Part shown: positions 30,601-40,900 of the stretch, piece after piece
Numbering within the stretch: the stretch's first letter is position 1
How the letters are laid out: the number at the start of each line of letters is the position of its first letter
Origin: an uncultured bacterium
GTDB lineage: Bacteria; Krumholzibacteriota; Krumholzibacteriia; G020349025
Direction: 5' to 3'
DNA length: 64,000 nucleotides
Assembly (NCBI GenBank): GCA_964567755.1
Contig: CAZMNW010000020.1
Span: 110,434-174,433, forward strand
Translations under genes and position numbers: made by a program
Notes under the pieces: generated by a model
Told to the model about the DNA's origin: nothing
The model's input: only the letters and a program-made list of their open reading frames with translations
The model's database searches: none

Positions 30601-32481
30601 ACCGCCGCGGTGCACTATCGCGCCGCAGGCAGCAATCTTGGTTTTGCCAGTGCGCCGCTTCTGCCTCTGGCTGGCGATTTCATCGGCGCGATTCCGAACG
30701 CAGGAATCACCGAAGGGGGGGTGGAGTACTTCTTCGAGGTAGAAAACAGCAGCGTGGTCGCAACGGAACCACGTTCCGGTGGCTATTACACCCAAGCGGT
30801 TCGAGCTCCCGAGGCCATCGCGGCCGAACCCTTGCCGAATTCGGGGGCAGAGTTCCTCGTGGGGCGTGATGTGACCGTCCAAGTCGCGCTTCCCGAAGGG
30901 ACGGAGTTCGTTCGCGGCGCCGTTCACTTTCGGCGTGGGGGCGAAGGAGACTACGCCATCGACAGCTTGCGGAGCGCGAGCCCTTTCCCGTTGGCCACGA
31001 TCGGTCAAGGTTTCGTGACCGCGCGGGGGATCGAGTTCTGGGTCGATGTACAGACGCGAACGCGCACATTGACGCAGCCGCCAATCGATCCAATGGCCAA
31101 CCCGCAAGTGGTGCAGACGCTGGTGCGGGATTTGGAAGAGCCCACGGTGCACCCAGGTCGTCGCTTCCGGCTGATTTCGGTGCCGCTCGATTTCGGCGCG
31201 GCGACGAACCGGACGCTCGAGGCCCTGTTGTCCGGTGAAAGCGAGTTCGGTCCCTACGATCCGTTCCGGTGGCGTTTATTCCGCTATCTGCCGGAGTCGA
31301 ACACCAACGAGGAGCTGTCAGCCGGCAACGTCGCGTTCCAGCTCGGGCTCGCGCGCGCGTTCTGGCTGGTGAGCCGCGACGATCACAGGATCGACACATC
31401 TCCCGTGGATGCGCTGTCGACGCCGACGGGTGCGCCGTTCCCGATCGTGCTCGGGTCGGGTTGGAACCAGATCGGCAATCCGTTCGCGTTCCCGGTTTCG
31501 TGGGAGTCGGTGCAGGTTCCAGCCGGTGTCGGGTCGCTGACGGCATTCGATCCGGGTCTTGGAACGATTGGAGACTTCGTCGATGCGTCGGGGATCCTCC
31601 AACCATTCGAGGGCTACTTCGTCCACAACAGTTCGGCGGAGCAAGAGACGTTGTGGGTACCGCCTGTGGAGTCGCCGTCTATGGTGCCGGCGAAGTCGAT
31701 GCCGCGCACGATGTCCCTGGATTCGTGGTCTGTGCGTTTGCAGGCCAGGACGCGAGTGGGGTTCGACGGAGCCAACACCTTCGGTGTAAGTGCTGCAGCA
31801 ACGGATGGTGCGGATGCATTGGATCGGGTGAAGCCGCCGCAAGTGCCGGGTCCGTGGGTGCGAGCGAATTTCGTGCTACGGAACGCAAGCCAGGAGCTTT
31901 ATCGGTCGGACGTGCGCAGCGCTGCACACGAGGGCAACTTGTGGGAGCTGGAGGTGCGCAGCGAAGCCGAATCGGAGGCGGTGACGCTAGAGCTGGTCGC
32001 TACGTCTCGATTGCCGGCTGATCTCGGCATTCGGCTGTTGGACGAGGAGCAGGGGACGACGGTGGATCTTTTGCAGCCCGGTGGTGAGCTCGGCCGCTAC
32101 ACCATCGTGGGGCGCGGGCCCGTGCATGCATACCGGTTGAAGATTCTCGCGGGCACTGCGGAATACCTGGAGACGGCCGGCGGTGCGATCGTCGAGCTTC
32201 CGGCGCGTGTGGTTCTGGATCTCGGGCCGAATCCATTCAAGGAGGCAGCGCGGATCCGATTCGGCTTGCCGCGCGCCACGCAGGCGAGTCTCTCGATCTA
32301 CGACGTGCGCGGCCAACGAGTGGCCGAGTTGCGTCGGGGAGAGAAGCTCGCTCCCGGTTACTACGTGTCGGTGTGGCATGGGACGGACACGGCGGGCCGG
32401 GAGCTCGCGAGCGGTGTGTACTTCTGCCGCATCGAGGCCAGCGCCACCACGCTCACCAAGCGCATCGTGCTCTTGAGATGA
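27646..32481 (+). CDS. giant secreted FG-GAP/VCBS-repeat protein with FlgD-Ig-like C-terminal domain, paralog A
   Basis: Start uncertain (GTG 27646 or ATG 27694); signal peptide VWACVYLFLHMGLLLPATAHAQ; 13 or more FG-GAP-type repeats (GDVDGDGDLDLVxGN...LYxN); conserved middle region; C-terminus LDLGPNPFKEAARIRFGLPRATQASLSIYDVRGQRVAEL...VYFCRIEASATTLTKRIVLLR. Confidence 0.8.
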   Translation: MVNQPDSRQRARAFLRMCDRSGRVWACVYLFLHMGLLLPATAHAQPPLLSADPVWVSPSHATRGLALGDVDMDGDLDLVLGNFREATTLHLNQGGRFDPAPAWSSPVQPTTSVALGDVNGDGAIDLVCGNVNQSSRLYLNVGGRFGDTHNWLSEGHATEDVALLDVEGDGDLDLICANQDRSVLYLNENDQLGNVPHWNFLTSASATACGDLDGDGDLDVVFGTSPKASFHRNEGEIFSSAINFSQDQSTSGIALGDVNGDGDLDVVLGGSSTTTLYLGQGSSFKVFPDWILQAPNTTDIALGDVDGDGDPDLVCGHADQSTKFYLNESGTFTNTPSWTSQVHATQNIVLGDVDGDGWIDLVCGNEDEGTVLYTNTAGRFDATPVWSSSEFRTFDVVLEDVDGDHDLDVFLGNSGQSTMLYLNAGGTLSASPIDVSRAHFTQGIAVGDVDGDGDPDLVCGNGLFGNTLYLNVGGVFGPDPVWTSRPHGTLDVALGDVDGDGDSDLVCGNPFQPTVLYRNEGGRFGSEPAWMSQLHDTRSVALGDVDVDGDLDLVCGNINQRTTLYRNENGILGTVPFWFSQAHATADVALGDIDGDRRPDLVCANTNQESVVYRNEGAGFGDAPHWLSKTQATAAVTLGDVDADGRLDLLFANHAEPATIYLNGESGLAAAPAWSSPVQTASSIAAGDLDLDGDLDFLCGGNMQSSRLYTGTSSRPFRGNPQTPVHHLPNQDAALRYAHVEVQGANWAAVRLLAVDLESDPVWILAEYQFRGEPEWHPVDSADTSGLFGPFDTSPLGAAHVLSWKLDRIPVDPRPVVLRLKAISHPRRTGEIRHIGASLVDVGVVDVRRPVIAASVSTLEFSTVTVGDTVTAMVTISNRGNELLTLNQVVTASPELRVAQSTPFAIDPAGHVDLEVFLEPLAPRLDWGDLSIESNDPSTPLLTIDIATDVRDLSFTARLLTATPEVPVGQALTAVLTPAALVRIETAAVHYRAAGSNLGFASAPLLPLAGDFIGAIPNAGITEGGVEYFFEVENSSVVATEPRSGGYYTQAVRAPEAIAAEPLPNSGAEFLVGRDVTVQVALPEGTEFVRGAVHFRRGGEGDYAIDSLRSASPFPLATIGQGFVTARGIEFWVDVQTRTRTLTQPPIDPMANPQVVQTLVRDLEEPTVHPGRRFRLISVPLDFGAATNRTLEALLSGESEFGPYDPFRWRLFRYLPESNTNEELSAGNVAFQLGLARAFWLVSRDDHRIDTSPVDALSTPTGAPFPIVLGSGWNQIGNPFAFPVSWESVQVPAGVGSLTAFDPGLGTIGDFVDASGILQPFEGYFVHNSSAEQETLWVPPVESPSMVPAKSMPRTMSLDSWSVRLQARTRVGFDGANTFGVSAAATDGADALDRVKPPQVPGPWVRANFVLRNASQELYRSDVRSAAHEGNLWELEVRSEAESEAVTLELVATSRLPADLGIRLLDEEQGTTVDLLQPGGELGRYTIVGRGPVHAYRLKILAGTAEYLETAGGAIVELPARVVLDLGPNPFKEAARIRFGLPRATQASLSIYDVRGQRVAELRRGEKLAPGYYVSVWHGTDTAGRELASGVYFCRIEASATTLTKRIVLLR

Positions 32482-32527
32482 TTCTTTTTTCGGCGAGCCC
32501 AGTCCGAAGGCCCGGACGAGGACGAAA

Positions 32528-35500
32528 ATGAAACGTTGGCAGAGCCTGTTTCCACGCCACACTTTTCAAAGCCTCTTCGTAGCGTTCTTCGTCATGGTCA
32601 CGCTGAGCCGACCGATCGGGGCGGAGGAACCCACTTTTGGTCAGACGCCCGCGTGGGCTGGCACTGTGGAGTTCACTCGCAGCGTTGCGTTCGGTGACAT
32701 GGATGGCGATGGCGACCTCGACCTCGTCCGCGGCAACGCTGACCGGCCGATGACCCTGTACCTCAACATCGGCGGCACGTTCGCTGAATCTTGGACACCG
32801 ATCGGAAACGCGGGCCACGTCGCAAGTGTCGCCTTGGGCGATATGGACGGCGATGGTGACCTCGACATCGTCGTTGGTGGGGACGGGGGGACAAGACTTT
32901 TCCATAATGCAGGACTCCAATTCGCCCGTGTATGGGCGCAAGAAGGCGAACCGACACACACCGTGGCCCTGGGCGACGTGGATAGTGATGGTGCGCTGGA
33001 CCTCGTTCGTGGCGGCACCAGCACCACCACTCTTCACCTCAACGCCGGCGGCGTCTTCACCGACACGCCCGCCTGGACCGGACCGGCCGGGATTACTTAC
33101 AGCGTTGCCCTTGGCGACGTGAACAATGACGGCGACCTCGATCTCGTCGCAGGCGGAAACCCCTCCATGCTCTACCTCAATCTCGGCGGCACCTTCGTCA
33201 ACCAGACCTTGTGGGGATCTTATGCAGAGAGTGTTGCTCTTGGTGACGTGGACGGCGATGACGATCTCGACCTGGTTTACGGCTCCGACCCGCAATCAGC
33301 GCGACTGCATCTCAACGTTGGGGGGACCTTCAACAGGGATCCAGCGTGGACGGGGCCGGCCGGCACCTCGGCGGGCAGCGTGGCACTTGCTGATGTGGAC
33401 GGCGATGGCGACCTCGACCTGGTCCGTGGGGGTGGAATGGGCTCGCAAGAGCAAAGAACAGCGCTCCATCTCAACTCCGGCGGGACATTCGTCTCCGCGC
33501 ACGCTTGGAGCGTGGCGCAGGGCTCATTGGACATCGCCCTGGGAGACGTGGATGGTGATGGGGATCTCGACCTTGCACAGACGAACGGAGGGACGGCTGC
33601 CCTTTACCTCAACGACAGCCCCAGCATTGCCTCCACACCTGCATGGAGGGGGCCGGTCGATGAAACCCAAAGCGTGGCTCTGGGCGACGTGAACAGCGAC
33701 GGCGCCCTCGATCTTGTATGTGGAAACCGGCTTCCTGGAGGTCCAGGCCCGATGCCAGCCACGCTCTACCTCAACACCGGTGGCACGTTTGCGGCCGTAC
33801 CGGCGTGGAGTGGACCTCCCGAGGAAACCCTGAGCGTGGTCCTGGGGGATGTGGACGGCGATGGCGACCTCGATCTCGTTCGAGGCAACAACAATGCAGG
33901 CACCACGCTGTACCTGAACATCGGAAGTACTTTCGCCCCCACACCGGCCTGGACGGGGCCCAGCGCGCAAACCTGGAGCGTGAGGTTGGGAGACGTGAAC
34001 GGTGACGGCGATCTCGACCTCGTCCGCGGGAACTATGATGGGGGAGTGACTTTGAATCTCAATACCGGCGGCACTTTCGCCGATACGATGAATTGGAAGA
34101 GTCCGCTCTTTGAGAGCACTCAAGGTATCGCGCTGGGCGACATCGACAGCGATCAGGACCTGGATCTCGTTGCTGGAAATTACAACCACCCATCCAGTCT
34201 GTATCTCAACTTCGGTGGGAAGTTCCGTCTGGACACCCGTTGGAGCGGACGCCACGAGTGGACCAAGAGTGTAGGGTTGGGGGACGTGGACGGCGACGGC
34301 GACCTCGACCTCGTCCGCGGAAACTACAACGTGGGCTCCACGCTTTATCTCAACGCCGCCGGCACGTTTGCGAGCACACCGGCTTGGACCGGGCCCGAGG
34401 AGGGTACCAGAAGTGTGGACCTGGGATGTAGACGGGGACGGTGACCTCGACCTCGTACAAAGCGTCACCGTGGGAGTATCGCTGTTCCTGAACACTGGGG
34501 GAACGTTTGCCGCTGAGCCCACCTGGCAAGGATTGGAGGGCAACGGCATCAGCGTTGCGCTCGGCGATGTGAACGGTGATGGAGCGCTCGACGTCGTCCG
34601 AGGAGGTCGAGATGCAATTCTTTTCTTGAACAGGAGTCCGTGGATCAAGGACGGCGCCGCGGTCACGCACCTGCCCAACAATGACGCCCATCTGCGCTGG
34701 GTCCGCGCTACCCGAGTCGACTCCACCCGCTACCAAATCTCCTTTTTCGCGGTGGATGCCGAATCCGATCCGCTCTGGCTCGTCGGCGAGTACCAACGCG
34801 AGGGAACCCCGATCTGGTACGCCATGGACATCGAGGGCTCCTCACCCCGCGCTGGCCCCTTCGAATCGTCCCCTGCTGGAATCAGGCAGGAAGTGTCATG
34901 GGACGTGACCCAGCTTCCGTTCCATCGCGGCAACATCGTGATCCGGTTGCGAGTGGTTTCCTTGCCGCGGCGTGTCGGCGTCGTCCAGTTTGTTCCCTCC
35001 TATGTCGCAAACGTGGGACTGATCACGCCCGTCAGGCCGGCGATCGCGGTCGCACCGGAGACGCTCGTTTACCCCACTTTGACCGTCGGGGATTCGGCAT
35101 TGGCGACGCTCCAAATCTCGAATCCTGGGAACCGCGATCTAGTCATCGATCAGATCGAGTCCCCACACGCGGAAGTTCACGTCGACGCCGAGCTGCCTCT
35201 CGTCGTGGCACCAGGCCAGACACTGTCCGTCGACGTCCTCCTCGCGCCCACATCGCTGATCGTGGGCCTCGATCCCGTTCGAATACATACCAACGACCCA
35301 ACGCGCCCGATGCTAGACATCCCTGTCGTCACGGATGTCCGGCCGCTTCAAGTCACGACCGATCTGGTCACGGCACTACCGGAGCTTCCACTTGGCGAGG
35401 CAACGAGTGTGATCGTGACTCCGGCGCCACAAGTACACGTGGAGAAGGGATTTCTGCACTACCGCGGTCGCGCGCCGGGCGTCGCATTCTCCGACAGCGT

Positions 35501-37340
35501 CGCCCTCGTGCCACGCGGAACTGGTTTCATCGCGCTCGTACCCGGCGAGGACGTGAGCGAAGCCGGGCTCGAGTACTACGTCCGCGTGGAGAACAGCAGC
35601 GTCTTCGCTTTCGATCCGCCGGGAGCCCCGAATTCGACATTCTTCTACCCGGTAGCAGCGCCGGCCGGGATCTCGAGCGCGGCCCAGGCCGATCCGTCGG
35701 GCAACTTCCCGATGGGTCGACCCACACCCATCGAGGTGTCCATGCCACAGGGTTCGATCTTCCAATCCGGAATCGTCTACTACCGGCCCGGCGGCGCGGC
35801 GACCTACGACAGCCTCGATCTTGCGCTCGCAGAGGTGACGCCTGGCGTTTTCTCGCCGGCGGGCACCATTCCGGGTGCGGCGGTTGGACCACGTGGCCTG
35901 GAGTATCGGGTGCGGGTGCTGACGTTGACGCGCCCATTGACGGATCCTCCTTGTTCAGACTGCAGCAACGCACGAGTCGTGCGGACGAGCGTGAGCAACC
36001 TAGAAGAAGGCCGATCGTACCCCGGCCGGCGCTTCCGCTTGGTCTCGGTGCCTGTCGATCTGGGCTCGAGCCGGACGTTGGACGCGCTGCTCACCGACGA
36101 AGGTGAGTTCGGTGCGTACGATCCGGTGCGTTGGCGGCTATTCCGCTACGTGGGTGAGACGCACACGAACGCGGAGTTCGCTTCGGGGTCGGAAGTGTTC
36201 CACGTCGAGCCGGGGCGGGCATTCTGGCTCATCAATCGGGATGGTCATCGGATCGATACATCGCCTGTGGATGCGCTGTCGACACCAACAGGTGCGCCGT
36301 TCCAAATCGTGCTCACGCCGGGCTGGAACCAGTTCGGCAATCCGTTCGCGTTCTCGGTTTCGTGGGAGTCGGTGCAGGTTTCAGCCGGTGTCGGCTCGCT
36401 CACGGCATTCGATCCGGCTCAAGGGACGATCGGAGACTTTGCCGAGGCGTCGGGGATTCTCCAACCCTTCGAGGGCTACTTCGTCCACAACAGTTCGGCG
36501 GAGCAAGAGACGTTGTGGGTGCCGCCTGTGGAATCGCCGTCCGCGGTGCCGGCGAAGTCGATGTCCCGCACGATGTCCCTGAATTCGTGGTTTGTGCGTT
36601 TGCAAGCCAGGACGCGTGAGGGATTCGACGGGGCAAACGCCTTTGGCGTGGATCCCGCTGCCGCTGACGGACGAGATCCTCTCGATCGGGATGAGCCGCC
36701 CTCGCCGCCGGGTCCGTGGGTGCGGATCGCTTTTGTGCATGGAGACGAGGAGAACGGGTATCGCCGAGACATGCGCACGGCAGGGAAGGATGGCAACATC
36801 TGGGAGCTGGAGGTGCGAAGCGAGAAGGAGTCGGAGCCGGTGACGTTGGCGCTGCTGTCGGACTCGGAGTTGCCTGCAGAGCTCGCAGTCCGTCTCGTGG
36901 ATCTGGAGCAGGGCGCGTCGCTGGATCTGCTCCGTCCCGGCGGAGAGCCGAGTCGGTACGAGATCGTGTCCTATGGACCCGACCACCCTTACCGTTTGGC
37001 GCTGCTCGCCGGCACAGAGGACTACCTGGAGAGGGAGGACGGATCGCTCGTCGAGCTGCCGACACGACTCGTGCTGGAGCACGGGTTGAATCCATTCCAC
37101 GAGGCGACGACGATTCGCTTCGGATTGCCGCGCGCGAGTGCGGTGACGCTGGCCATCTACAACGTGCGCGGTGAGCGGGTGGCGGTGTTGCGGGAGGGCG
37201 ACTTGGCGCCGGCTGGATATCACGTGTCGCTGTGGAGGGGAATGGATGGAACGGGAAGGCCCGTGGCGAGCGGCGTGTACTTCTGCCGATTGGAAGTCGG
37301 GGTGACGCAATTGACTCGTCGAATGGTTCTTCTGAGGTAG
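32528..37340 (+). pseudogene. giant FG-GAP/VCBS-repeat protein paralog B, disrupted by a frameshift near 34420-34430
   Basis: Track ORFs 32528..34444 and 34368..37340 are one gene in two frames; the junction ...SVDLGCRRGR* vs ...WTWDVDGDGDLDLV implies a 2-nt deletion within a GDVDGDGDLD repeat codon block. Confidence 0.7.
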
Positions 37341-37345
37341 ACGCC

Positions 37346-37867
37346 ATGGGTGCGCATCGAATCGCAAATGCACGCGATCGGGATGAGCAGCGGAGGCTCT
37401 ATCGGGGAATCCATGCCAAAGCGCGGCTGAACCCCGTTCGCTCGAGCGGCGGTGCGATCTTGGTCTTTGCGTTGCTGACCGTGCCGGCAAGCTTACTTGT
37501 CTTGCCGCGGCAAGTGTGGAGCCAAGTGGACTTTTTCCAACCGCCTTCCTTGATCTCGAGTCAGGACCGCAATACGCAGGGCGTCGCTCTGGGGGACGTC
37601 GATCGCGACGGCGACCTCGACCTCGTGCTCGGGAACTACAGGCAAAGCGCGACGCTCCATCTCAACTCCGCAGGGACTCTCGGTTCGATGCCGGCTTGGT
37701 CCTCCGACCTTCCGCATCGGACGACGAGCGTCGTTCTAGGAGACACTGACGGCGACGGCGATCTCGACCTCGTTTGTGAGAACTTCGCGCAGAGAACGAC
37801 GCTGTATTTGAACGAAAACGGCAGCTTCGGCGTCGAACCGGCTTGGTTTGCAGGCCGGTGCGCTTGA
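37346..37867 (+). pseudogene. internal-deletion remnant of an FG-GAP paralog (N-terminal ~165 codons joined to the extreme 3-prime end)
   Basis: N-terminal signal-like sequence and two or three FG-GAP repeats; its last ~30 nt plus the downstream spacer (gcgcttgaaatgaatcggttttttt...cgaaggcc...gaaaATG) match the 3-prime end and junction of paralog A (cgtgctcttgagatgattctttttt...cgaaggcc...gaaaATG). Confidence 0.45.
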
Positions 37868-37922
37868 AATGAATCGGTTTTTTTGTGGTGAAGCCAGTTC
37901 GAAGGCCAGGTGCGAGGCTGAA

Positions 37923-40900
37923 ATGAAGACGAGTTGTCGAATACCCCAGCACAGGTTCGCCCTCAGGGCTCCGCTCCTTGCATTGGCGATCGTCGGTTTC
38001 CACTCGTCCGCTTGGAGTCAAACGCCCCTGTCATCTGCGCCTGTGTGGTCGTCGCAGGTGCATTGGACGCGGGGTATCGCCGTCGGGGACGTGGACGGCG
38101 ACGGCGCTCTCGATCTGCTACTCGGCAACCAAAGCGAGAGCAGCACACTGTACCGCAACGTGGCGGGCATTCTCGGCGCCGACCCCGTCTGGTCCTCTCA
38201 GGTCGACAAGACGAGCAACGTGGCATTCGGTGACGTGGACGGCGATGGCGACCTCGACCTGGTGTGCGCGGAGTCGGAGGATTTCACCGGAAACAAGACG
38301 ACACTGTACCTCAACGAAAATGGAGTGCTGGCCGACACACCGGTTTGGTCGTCACGGCTCGACCAGACGCACGACGTCGCGCTCGGGGATGTGGATGGAG
38401 ATGGCGATCTCGACCTCGTCTGCGGCAACGACAGCCTGAGCACCTTGTACCGCAACGACGGCGGCAGGTTCGGGGACGATCCCGTCTGGTTTTCACAGCC
38501 CCACGAAACGTACGGCGTCGTCCTCGGAGACGTGAACGGCGACGGAGATCTCGACCTCGTCTGCGGAAACGCGGTTCAGGGCACGACGCTCTATCTCAAC
38601 GCAGAAGGTGTCTTCGGCGCGGCTCCCGTTTGGGTGTCGCAGGTGCACGGGACGTACAGCGTCGACCTTGGGGATGTGGACGGCGATGGCGATCTCGATC
38701 TGGTGGTCGGGAATGGCTTCAACCTCGTCGTACAGGGACGGACCAAAACCTTGCTCTATCGCAACGACAACGGGAGGTTCGGCGATGTGCCGGTGTGGAG
38801 TTCTGCCTCCGAAGCGTTCACCACCGCTGTCGTTCTTGGCGACGTGGACGGCGATGGCGACCTCGATCTGGTCCTCGGCAACCGCGAGGCGAGGACGGAG
38901 CTCTATCTCAACGATGGCGGCGATTTTGGCAGTGCTCCCGCTTGGTACTCACAGGATCACGAGACGCAAGATGTGGTCCTGGCGGACGTGAACGGTGACG
39001 GTGGGCTCGATCTCGTGTGCGGCAACCGGCTCCAGAGCGCGACGCTGTATCTCAACACCGGTACGAGTTTCGGTGCCACGCCCGACTGGTCGTCTCCAGT
39101 GCCCTCGACGCTGGTGACGTTGGCTGCGGCCCTCTGTGACATCGAGGGGGACTCGGACCTCGACCTGGTGCTCGGTCTGAGCCGAGGCCTCATGCTCCAT
39201 CACAACACGAACGGCAACTTCGGAGAAGCGACTGGGAGCTTCGGGTCGGGCGCGACGCGGGCCATCGCTCTCGGAGACGTGGACCAGGACGGCGACACCG
39301 ACATGGTGGTTGGCATCAAGACGGGGACCACTCTGGCGGTGCTCCTGTACGCCAACCATTCTGGTTCGTTCACCTACGTGTGGTCGTCGCTGGTCGATAC
39401 GTCGCAGTTCTACGACCCGGACGTCGCGCTCGGGGACGTGAACGCCGACGGGAGGCTCGACTTGGTGGTCGGGACTCCGAACCAGGGCGCCCTGCTCCAC
39501 CTGAACGAGGGTGGTCGTTTCAGTGACGAGCCGATCTGGTCCTCGCCAGCGCCGTACAAGTTCGCTCGCCACGTTGCATTGGGCGATGTGGATGGCGATG
39601 GATGGCTCGATCTGGTTTGTGTGCTCGGCTCAGGTCTCGGTGTCGCGGTCTTTCGCAATGATGGCATTGCGTTCGAAAACACGCCCATGTGGTCTTGGAG
39701 TGTAAGCACCGCGGTCGGGCACGTGGTGCTGGGCGACGTGAACGGTGACGGCTGGATCGATCTAGTTTGTGGCACCATTCTCGATAGTGTGACGCTTTTC
39801 ATCAACTCCGGCGGCACGTTCGCGGACAGCCCGGTTTGGGCATCCCCGACCGCCCATGAGTGGCCTCGTGTCGCCTTGGTGGACGTGAATGGGGATGGCT
39901 GGCTCGATCTCGTCGTGAGCACCAGGGAAAACAAGAACACTCTGCTGTATCTCAACGAAGGTGGCGGGTTCGGTGATGCTCCGGCTTGGCGCTCGCAATC
40001 GGCCGACACCCCTGGCATCGCTGTGGGCGACGTAGATCGAGATGGAGATCCAGACCTCGTTTGCGCCAACTACGATCAGCACACGACACTCTATCGCGGC
40101 AGGTCCAGCTACCGGTTTCTGGGCGACACCCGCGCGCCGGCGAACCAGCTGCCGAACAACGACGCCTTCGTATCGGGGACATTCATCACCGAGACGGGCG
40201 AGAATCGTTACGGGATCGGCTTCGTCGCCGCCGACATCGAAGCGGATCCGGTGTGGATCGTGGCGGATTATCAATTCCGTGGCGACCCGAGGTGGGCTCC
40301 GGTCCAGGTTCTGGGAGCGACTGGCAGGCTGGGACCGTTCGCGACCACGCCAACCGGGAACACGCATCGTTTGACCTGGGACACCTCTCGTCTTCCCGTC
40401 GACTCCCGGCCCGTCGTGCTGCGGCTGCGTGCGCTCTCGAACCCAGGCAAAGTCGGCGTCGTGCAGCGCGTCCCCAGCTACCGCTACGAGCTCGGGCCGA
40501 TCGACGTTCGGCGGCCGATGATTTCGCTATCGCGGCCCGCTCTCGATTTCCCGAGCGTCACCGTGGGGGACACTGTCGAAGCCTCGACTCGGATCGAGAA
40601 TCGTGGCAACGAAATGTTGACGATCGAACGTCTCGCGGTTCCCGCGTTCACTCGGGTTGTGGGGGAGTTGCAGACAGACATTGCGCCCGGAGACGGCGTG
40701 GATCTGCTGCTTTTCTTCGAGCCGCTCTCCGCGCTCGCCGCCGCCGAAACTCTCTGGATCGACAGCAACGATCCAGCGACGCCTCGGCTCGCCGTGCGGT
40801 TGCAGAGGGACGTGCGCGAGATCGAATTCACCGCACGTCTGCTCGCGCCCGTGCCCGAGGTTCCCGTCGGACAGGCGTTGACCGCGGTGCTGACCCCGGC

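Noticed and set aside
33524-34726. 400-aa antisense ORF opposite FG-GAP paralog B, plus similar ones at 36381..37490 and 41898..42941
   Set aside because: Mirror-image artefacts of the repetitive GAC/GGC-rich FG-GAP coding sequence.
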